Of a DNA stretch of 26,623 nt, positions 10,089 to 16,729 are shown one piece after another. A program made the translations under genes and the position numbers. The DNA comes from Polyangiaceae bacterium. GTDB lineage: Bacteria > Myxococcota_A > Polyangia > Polyangiales > Polyangiaceae. The first letter of the stretch is position 1; every line of letters begins with the position of its first letter. The stretch covers positions 1 to 26,623 of the forward strand of contig JBILLK010000051.1 of NCBI GenBank assembly GCA_044376115.1, written 5' to 3'. The notes under the pieces were generated by a model. That model was not told the origin of the DNA. It searched no databases and worked only from the letters and a program-made list of their open reading frames with translations.

Positions 10089-11208
10089 ACGCACCCCAAT
10101 GCATGAGCTGACGGCAGGTGGTCTCGAAGGTCTGGCAGACCAGCCGTTTGGCACGATGGATACGCAGGCGCTGATCGTAGCGATGACCGTGCTCGGCGAT
10201 GCTGTGCGGCTTGGCATGCCAGTACCGTCCGCGCTTCTTCAGCGCGTGACCCGAGAACTCACGCAGGCTCAAATCGAAGGCGTGTTCACTTCGCTCAAGG
10301 AGGAGGTGGGCGGTTGGGCATTGCCGCGGAAGCTTGGTCACGACGACGATCCGATGTTGGAGTGGGCAATCGGCCGACGTGACGAGATCGAGAGCGTTCT
10401 CATCGGTGCGCGTCGCATCTTCATGCCGCGCGGAGTCTTGATCGACGCCTCTGCACAGGCGCAGAGCTTGGCGGTTGCGATCAGCCAGCGCGATCTGACC
10501 TGTGGAGGTTCGGTACCTCGCAGCGACGCCGAGAGGCTTCTGGGTCAACGGCTTGAGCTGGTGGCCGAACGCTCGTGGCTAGACAAGCTGAACTGGGCGG
10601 CCGAATCCGAATCGACATCACCTGATGCTTCGCCTCCGGAGCAGCTGGGTCTCGGCCGGCCAAGCTTCGAATCTTTCGCGCGATACGTGATCACCGGGGA
10701 GCTCGCGACCTGGGTTGAGACGGCCGCAAACCGCTCGAGCGATGTTGCAGCGGAATTGGAAGACGTCGTCGCCACCTACCGAGAGCAAGGCAACGTATTG
10801 AGCCTATTGGCGGCGCGTTGGATGCGTGACCGCCGGGCTCAGACCGGGGAGCCCAGGCTGCCGATCGCGTTTCGGCGGGCACGCCTGAGCGAGCAACGGT
10901 TCGCGGCCGCAGACCAAGAAGCCACTGCTGAAGCTGACGCACACGAGCGCAATCTCGGCGTTCTGGCGCCCCTCGACGCCGAAGCCCGGTTCGTAGAGAC
11001 CGACCGCACCCTCACACTCGAAGTGTTTGAAGGCAAGACCACGCTGAAGTCGGTGAGCTTGGATGGTGTGCTGGCGGAGCGGCCTGCAAGCGGGCACACC
11101 TGGTCCATCACCATCCCGTGGGTGCAGCGCGACCGGGCTGTGAAGCTCCAGGTCGTAGATGTCACAGGCAACGCGTTCGAGGAGGCGATCGCCTGGACCG
11201 ACGAGTGA
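10078..11208 (+). CDS. Hypothetical protein (376 aa), putative anti-sigma / protease substrate
   Basis: Overlaps the upstream stop by 11 nt. Helical N-terminal part, linker RRARLSEQRFAAADQEATAEAD, then a ~90-aa beta-rich C-terminal domain. Function is inferred from context only. Confidence 0.7.
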   Translation: MEAERTPMHELTAGGLEGLADQPFGTMDTQALIVAMTVLGDAVRLGMPVPSALLQRVTRELTQAQIEGVFTSLKEEVGGWALPRKLGHDDDPMLEWAIGRRDEIESVLIGARRIFMPRGVLIDASAQAQSLAVAISQRDLTCGGSVPRSDAERLLGQRLELVAERSWLDKLNWAAESESTSPDASPPEQLGLGRPSFESFARYVITGELATWVETAANRSSDVAAELEDVVATYREQGNVLSLLAARWMRDRRAQTGEPRLPIAFRRARLSEQRFAAADQEATAEADAHERNLGVLAPLDAEARFVETDRTLTLEVFEGKTTLKSVSLDGVLAERPASGHTWSITIPWVQRDRAVKLQVVDVTGNAFEEAIAWTDE

Positions 11209-12959
11209 ACCGCGCACAATTCGAGAGAGCCATCACCGACGCAGAGCGGGCGTCGCTCGCCTCCGCCCGCGCCAGGCTGCACCAACTCCGACGATGTTTG
11301 GGCGAGGTGTGGGTCGATGCGGGTTTGCAACGCCGGATGCTTGAGCTTGCCAGGCGGTGCGACGAGGCGCTGCCTGAGATCCCAGCACACGATCTAGCTA
11401 TCGGCGATGCTTGGCTGCTCCTCGTGGCCGAAGCCGGTGGCGCCGGCACTGTCGCCCGAATGAGGGTCGCGCGGCACCGGCCAAGCGCGAACCTCCTCGA
11501 GGCGTTCGAAACCAGCAACGCCGTGATGGGCCTGGCTGCAGCAGCCGCTCAATCGCGACGGTTCGTTCCGCATGAAGCGCTCGGTTTGCGCTTCGAGCTG
11601 GCTGATCAGTCGGTAGTGCGAAGGGTGCAAGGTGGGTCGCTCGGGCTATCAGCCTGTGTAGCGCTCGTATCATCTCTGACAGGGATGCCACCGCGATCAA
11701 ACGTCGCGGGAACTGCGAGGATCGACCCGGCAACGGGCAAGCTCCTATCTGTCACGCATGTAGAGGCGAAGCTTCGTGCACTCCGAGAAGAGTGGCCCCA
11801 TGTCGACACCGTGGTGCTCGCTGGTGACCAACCACTTCCAACCGATCTACGCGGCCTCAGCGTGATTCACGCGAGCGCTTTGCGAGAGGCTCTGGAACCC
11901 TTCGGTCTCAGTCTCGACTCCTTGCCGCAACCTCCGATCGAGAACCTCCGAGCACGGGTGGGTGCGTTTAGCTCCGATGATGCTGTCGCCCACGATCTGG
12001 GCCAATGGATGTCGCGCTCCATCGAGGCCCTGGAGATAGCGCAACTGCTTGAAGCGGAAGAACCGGATCTCGCGGCTCACTCACGGATATGGGCAGCCTT
12101 GTTCGCGTCGCATGCCGGAAGGAACGATCAGGCGGAGCGGATCTTGGCGCAAGTCACCGAAGCTCAGCTAGAGGAGCCAGAGCACCGCGTCATGCGAGCC
12201 GTCGTGCTGGCCTCTGTGCGGATCGATGAGGACCCCAGAGCCGCAGCGACGCTGGGTGCGGACGCCGTTGAGCTGGCCCAAGCGCTGGAGGGTCGAAACT
12301 GGCGGGAGTGGCACGGCAAGGCGCTTGGGACTCATGGCCGCGCGCTGATGCATGCAGGCGAATACAAAGAGGCAGTGCCGCTCCTTCGCAAAGCGTACGA
12401 ACATCACCGCGATCACCTGAGGCGAGAAGCCGGCAGATCGGCTTGCTACCTCTCATGCTGTCTGCGGCTCGCGGGCCGACCATTGGCGGCACTAGAGATG
12501 GCGCAGCTCGCGCACGATTCGGCCGACATTGCGGCAAAGGTCTCCACCGCAGCCAGCTCGACGCTCGCCTACGCGGACCTGGAGAAGGCACGGGCGCTCG
12601 AAGTGTTGGGCCGTTTCGAGGATGCTGCTGTCCTGCTGCAGCGACTGGTGACCACCGGAGCTAGCCATCGTCACTATCCTCGGCTCGGCGCGCATCGAAC
12701 CCTGGCGAGGGTGTTCCGTGCACAGGGCCGCCTACCCGAGGCGGACGACCATCGCCGGCTATGCTGGGATGTCGCATGCGACGAAGGGCAGGGGATCACG
12801 GCACGCAAGCTGGGTCTGGTCGCAGCGTGCGAGGAGCTCGATCACGCAGCCAGTACGCAGCGAGAGCCCATGATCAGCTCGGGCGAAGTCGAGGCGCTCG
12901 CGAGCGTCCTCCTCGGAACAGCCTCGCGAGCCCACACCCTTAAAACCTGGGTCTACTAA
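11205..12959 (+). CDS. Lon-type (S16) protease domain fused to TPR-like repeats, no AAA+ domain (584 aa)
   Basis: GTGA overlap start. VQGGSLGLSACVALVSSLTG..VAGTARID..GKLLSVTHVEAKL..VVL matches the Lon_C core, with Ser145 (11637) and Lys189 (11769) 44 residues apart (43 in E. coli Lon S679/K722). The C-terminal half has TPR-like helices (ALGTHGRALMHAGEYKEAVPLL, LARVFRAQGRLPEA). Confidence 0.8.
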   Translation: MNRAQFERAITDAERASLASARARLHQLRRCLGEVWVDAGLQRRMLELARRCDEALPEIPAHDLAIGDAWLLLVAEAGGAGTVARMRVARHRPSANLLEAFETSNAVMGLAAAAAQSRRFVPHEALGLRFELADQSVVRRVQGGSLGLSACVALVSSLTGMPPRSNVAGTARIDPATGKLLSVTHVEAKLRALREEWPHVDTVVLAGDQPLPTDLRGLSVIHASALREALEPFGLSLDSLPQPPIENLRARVGAFSSDDAVAHDLGQWMSRSIEALEIAQLLEAEEPDLAAHSRIWAALFASHAGRNDQAERILAQVTEAQLEEPEHRVMRAVVLASVRIDEDPRAAATLGADAVELAQALEGRNWREWHGKALGTHGRALMHAGEYKEAVPLLRKAYEHHRDHLRREAGRSACYLSCCLRLAGRPLAALEMAQLAHDSADIAAKVSTAASSTLAYADLEKARALEVLGRFEDAAVLLQRLVTTGASHRHYPRLGAHRTLARVFRAQGRLPEADDHRRLCWDVACDEGQGITARKLGLVAACEELDHAASTQREPMISSGEVEALASVLLGTASRAHTLKTWVY

Positions 12960-12974
12960 ATTCGGAGGATATTC

Positions 12975-13001
12975 TGTCAGAGGCGGGCCGCCTGCCGCGT
13001 G
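12975..13001 (+). promoter_or_regulatory. ECF-type promoter motif, copy 3 (upstream of the coiled-coil nuclease)
   Basis: TGTCAGA-ggcgggccgcctgcc-GCGTG, 8 nt before GTG 13010. Confidence 0.65.
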
Positions 13002-13009
13002 GGGGTTAC

Positions 13010-14722
13010 GTGAACAACGCTGCGGCTCTGGCCGCCTCCTCCGGGCCCACTTCCTCCAACCTCTCGCTCGCTTCGTCGTTGGTGGTCGACGCGACCTTCG
13101 ACGGTGAGACGCTACGAGCCTCCATCTGCGACTCCAGCCAAGAACTCGCTGGCGTCCTTACGCATCTCGAACCTGCACGGCGCTCACGCTTCGTTGAGAC
13201 GGTGTGGACGTCCGGCCTTCGAGCGGCGCTCAATGCGCAGCGGCTCGCCGATGAGGCACGGCTTGACGATATTGGTCGTGAACTTGTGACGACCTTCGGT
13301 GAGAAGCTGGAGGCCTATCACGACCGACAGCACTCCGATCTCGCCCGCGCGCTCGCTGAGTACTTCGATCCCAAGGATGGCCGTGTAGCGGCGCGGATCG
13401 ACGGCTTTCTGCGCGATGGCGGGGAGCTGGCGCGGACGATGGATAAGTATCTATCGGCGGATGGTGAGCTGGCCAAGACGCTCGCACGGTCCTTTGGTGA
13501 GTCGAGTGCGCTCATGAAGCGGCTCAGCCCAACGGACAGTGAGGGCCTGGTGCAGCTCGTTGAGAACAAGCTGCGAGCTGCTGCCGAAGCCCAGCGCGTT
13601 CAGTTCGCGGCCGCGCTCGACCCGGCTAACGAATCCGGCTCGCTTGCTCGCTTCTTCAGCAAGGTGAAGCAGGAACTCAAGTCAGCTGGCGAAGAGCGCG
13701 ACAAGCAGTTCGCTGCGCTCTCACGAACGCTCGATGTCAATGACCCGAGCTCGCCGCTCAGCCGCTTCTTCAGGGAGAGCTCGAACGCAAACCGCGAGAT
13801 GCTCAAGGCGATGAACGCCGAGGATCCTTCTACGCCGCTCGGAGCGATCAAGGCTTCGCTCGTAAGGCAACTCGAGTCGAGCACCAAGTTGCAGCTTGAG
13901 AAACTCGACGCGATGGCGACCGTCCAGCGCGAAGATAGCCTCGCCCTCCGAGAGGCCGTGGCCAAACTCGAGGAGCGGCGTAGAGTCGTGGCGCGTTCCG
14001 CCGCAGCTGGGCCGACCTTCGAGGACGCACTGCTCGTGACCCTAGGCGACATTCTGCGTGGCTCTGGCCTCACCCTCGACGCGACGCGCACCGCCGTCGG
14101 GCTACGACCCAACTGCAAGAAGGGCGACGCGGTCGCGCGCTACGGCGCGGAGTCCAAACATGCCGGCGCTGCCGTGGTCATCGAGGCCAAACACGACGCG
14201 AGCTACAACGTGAGCCGCGCACTCGCCGAGATGGAGGAGGCCCGCAGCAATCGCGATGCTTCCGCAGGACTGTTCGTCATGGCGCGATCGCATGCTCCGG
14301 CTGGGTTCCCGCGGTTTCAGCGGCATGGTCGCGACATACTGCTCACTTGGGATGACGCCGATCCTTCGACGGACGTGGTGCTCGAGGCTGGGCTCCAACT
14401 CGCGCTGTTCATCGCACCGCTCGGCCGCCGTGAGTCTGCGGGGCGCGAAGACATCGAGTCGCTCGCGGACCTCGAGTCCCGCATCGAGAAGGAGCTCGGT
14501 CGCTGGGACGGGGTGCGCAAGAAAGCCGAGCGCATGAGGAAGGACGCGGAAGAGCTGCTCGAGGACGCGCGGAAAGGGGAGAAGGCCCTCGGATTGATGC
14601 TCAAGAGCGCCAAGCACGTGCTGAAGACGCTCGACATCCCGCTTCTCGATGCTGGTTCGTCGCGAGAGCCCGCTCTGCTGCTGGCTGAGCGGAGTGAGTT
14701 CGATTCGGATGCGGCCGAGTGA
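13010..14722 (+). CDS. Coiled-coil protein with a C-terminal PD-(D/E)XK-type nuclease domain (RmuC/DUF2130-like architecture)
   Basis: Long helical/coiled-coil region, then GPTFE..KKGD..VVIEAK..Y (E/D/ExK arrangement) and a closing coiled coil. Confidence 0.7.
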   Translation: MNNAAALAASSGPTSSNLSLASSLVVDATFDGETLRASICDSSQELAGVLTHLEPARRSRFVETVWTSGLRAALNAQRLADEARLDDIGRELVTTFGEKLEAYHDRQHSDLARALAEYFDPKDGRVAARIDGFLRDGGELARTMDKYLSADGELAKTLARSFGESSALMKRLSPTDSEGLVQLVENKLRAAAEAQRVQFAAALDPANESGSLARFFSKVKQELKSAGEERDKQFAALSRTLDVNDPSSPLSRFFRESSNANREMLKAMNAEDPSTPLGAIKASLVRQLESSTKLQLEKLDAMATVQREDSLALREAVAKLEERRRVVARSAAAGPTFEDALLVTLGDILRGSGLTLDATRTAVGLRPNCKKGDAVARYGAESKHAGAAVVIEAKHDASYNVSRALAEMEEARSNRDASAGLFVMARSHAPAGFPRFQRHGRDILLTWDDADPSTDVVLEAGLQLALFIAPLGRRESAGREDIESLADLESRIEKELGRWDGVRKKAERMRKDAEELLEDARKGEKALGLMLKSAKHVLKTLDIPLLDAGSSREPALLLAERSEFDSDAAE

Positions 14723-14756
14723 CCGACAGCAGTCGTGCGCGGTCATGTCGAACCGA

Positions 14757-15296
14757 TTAGGACGGCTTCAGACCGAAGAGCTTGAGCTCATCCCTCACGG
14801 CTCGGAGGAGACGCTCGACCGCCCCGCGCGCCGCCATGAAGCTGCCCTGGTAGCCGTCCCAGTCCTCGTACGCGGTTGGCGCCGTGTACTCACCATCGAC
14901 CAGGAACGGGTAGCGGTAGCTGATTTCCTCGGGGGCGTTTCTTGGCGTCGTCGAATCGATCTTCAACAGCGTGGACGCCTCGCCCGCCAGGTTCTTTCTG
15001 ACGAAGGACTGTACCTCACGCTCAAGCAGATGCAGCGCCTTCGACAGCGGAGTGTTGGTCTCTGCAACAGTCTTCAGCGGCGAGTGTTGGAGGAGGAAGA
15101 GCCGCTCGAACTGCGCATGCTCTTCAACGCCACCATTCCAACGCATGAGTGCGAAGGCCTTGATTGCCTTCTCATAGGCTTGCTGAATCCAGTACCGGCG
15201 GTGGCATTCTCGAAGGTCGGCGGACTCAGCGCGCGCCGCGAGCAGGTCGGCGTCAGCCTGCTCGATCCACGCCTTAACCTGCTGCCGCGTGGCCAT
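14757..15296 (-). CDS. HEPN domain protein (start re-called to ATG 15296)
   Basis: WIEQADADLLAA..YWIQQAYEKAIKA..H..RYP, the pattern of HEPN proteins of HEPN/MNT pairs. Confidence 0.8.
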   Translation of the reverse strand: MATRQQVKAWIEQADADLLAARAESADLRECHRRYWIQQAYEKAIKAFALMRWNGGVEEHAQFERLFLLQHSPLKTVAETNTPLSKALHLLEREVQSFVRKNLAGEASTLLKIDSTTPRNAPEEISYRYPFLVDGEYTAPTAYEDWDGYQGSFMAARGAVERLLRAVRDELKLFGLKPS

Positions 15297-15636
15297 TCGT
15301 CGCTCGCGCGATGTCTTGCAGTTCGCGACCGCGAGCGACACCGTGAAGGACCTCGCCGGCTGCGATCTCATGCGCGAGCGCGGGGTCCGCTTGAATGGCG
15401 CGCTTGAGACCATCCAGGTCGGCCGCAATCAGGTTGAGTGGATGGCGAAACGAGCGGCCCGGGTTGAACGCCACCGGGCGCTCCGGGTGCTCGTCGGCGC
15501 CGAACGACGGGATCAGCTCAACGAGCCAGGCTTCTCGATCCTCACGACGAATCCAGATCGCCGTCTCCAACGGGTCGTCCTCGATCGCGGCGTGCGCCTG
15601 AACTAGTTCGAGCATCTCTTCACGGGTGGGAGGCAC
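15274..15636 (-). CDS. Small HEPN partner protein, possibly a degenerate minimal nucleotidyltransferase (MNT)
   Basis: 120 aa, overlaps the HEPN start. C-terminal LAHEIAAGEVLHG resembles MNT tails, but there is no GS..DxD catalytic motif. Confidence 0.6.
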   Translation of the reverse strand: MPPTREEMLELVQAHAAIEDDPLETAIWIRREDREAWLVELIPSFGADEHPERPVAFNPGRSFRHPLNLIAADLDGLKRAIQADPALAHEIAAGEVLHGVARGRELQDIARATNGHAAAG

Positions 15637-15675
15637 AGCCTGAACGTAGCACGGCCCGCGGGTAGCCGTGCCGCT

Positions 15676-16662
15676 TCAACGCGCCCGACAGGGCTCGGCT
15701 TCGGTCACCTTGAATCGAGCGCTCAGGAGGCCCTGCTGAGTAAACACGAGGCAGTGGTTCTCGTTCGCTGGTCGACCGTCCAAACGTTCGACACATTGGA
15801 CGACGAAAGGTCCGCCGGGATCGACCGAGGCCGGCCCGCACGATTCGAAGTAGGTTTTCTTGTTCGGATTGCGGTCGAACCAGTTCTTTACCCAGGCCGA
15901 GACGTCTTCCTTCGGGGCATCCGTCAGCTTGAAGTACCGGTTCATCGGGAACTGCATGAGGCTAGTGACGCGGCCCACGTCGAATGAGTTGATCGCTTCT
16001 TCATAGCTCTTCACCCAGCGTGAGGTGTTGGTGGTGCGCTGGTCAGCGACTGGCTCCGTCGTCGCAATTGGGAGCGGCTTGGCGTCAAGTTCGGATCGAT
16101 TCAGGAGCCACCAAGCCGTGGCCGAAATCCCGACGACTGCCACTCCGCCCAGCCCGACTCCAATCACGTAGCGCCGTCTGCCGGCAGCGCCGGGTTGCCG
16201 AATCGGCTCGGCCTCGACGGCAACCGGTAGGTCCGTTTGGGTATCGAGGTATTCGAGCAACGTCGTACTGTGGCGCAGCATCTCTTGGACGACTTCGGGT
16301 GAGATGATTTTGAGCTGGCTCGTGGCGTGGTGGGCTGAGTCAGCCGCGGGCTTCAGCTTGAGGACGGCGTCCCGGACCGCCAGCGGAAATTGCGGGGAGA
16401 GCCGGATGAGCGCCTTCGCAAGCTGCTCTTTCCGCGGCTTGTCACCCTTGTAGGGTTTGAACGTCGGGTCCTGGATCGACAACAGCGCAAACGCCCACGC
16501 CTCAAGCACCTTGCGTAGAACTTCGAGAGTACGCCCCGGCTCGCTTTGGGCATGGCTGCGAGCGTCACGGAACTCGCGGTGCGCGACGGCCTCCCACTGG
16601 TCGCGCGCGCTTCTTCTCGCGGCCGTGTCGTCAACGTTTGTTCGTGCCCCCACGTCGGTCAT
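15676..16662 (-). CDS. Single-pass membrane protein: DUF4145/HEPN-like N-domain, TM helix, NTF2-like C-domain
   Basis: LRKVLEA..LAKALIRL..LKLKPAADSAHH; TM RRRYVIGVGLGGVAVVGISATAWWLL; C-domain WVKSYEEAINSFDV..FPMNRYF with several Cys. Start is uncertain (16662-16677). Confidence 0.6.
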   Translation of the reverse strand: MTDVGARTNVDDTAARRSARDQWEAVAHREFRDARSHAQSEPGRTLEVLRKVLEAWAFALLSIQDPTFKPYKGDKPRKEQLAKALIRLSPQFPLAVRDAVLKLKPAADSAHHATSQLKIISPEVVQEMLRHSTTLLEYLDTQTDLPVAVEAEPIRQPGAAGRRRYVIGVGLGGVAVVGISATAWWLLNRSELDAKPLPIATTEPVADQRTTNTSRWVKSYEEAINSFDVGRVTSLMQFPMNRYFKLTDAPKEDVSAWVKNWFDRNPNKKTYFESCGPASVDPGGPFVVQCVERLDGRPANENHCLVFTQQGLLSARFKVTEAEPCRAR

Positions 16663-16694
16663 CCTACGCAGCCTCAAACAATTTTGAACGACCG

Positions 16695-16721
16695 TGTCAG
16701 AAGCTCATGCCCTCAGGAGTG
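16695..16721 (+). promoter_or_regulatory. ECF-type promoter motif, copy 4 (upstream of the helicase)
   Basis: TGTCAGA-agctcatgccctcag-GAGTG, 8 nt before ATG 16730. Confidence 0.6.
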
Positions 16722-16729
16722 TGAAGGGC

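Noticed and set aside
11675..11681. Additional TGTCAGA heptamers (11675-11681 minus strand; 26504 in the IS256 end)
   Set aside because: No G(C/A)GTG at the fixed distance and not upstream of a gene start.
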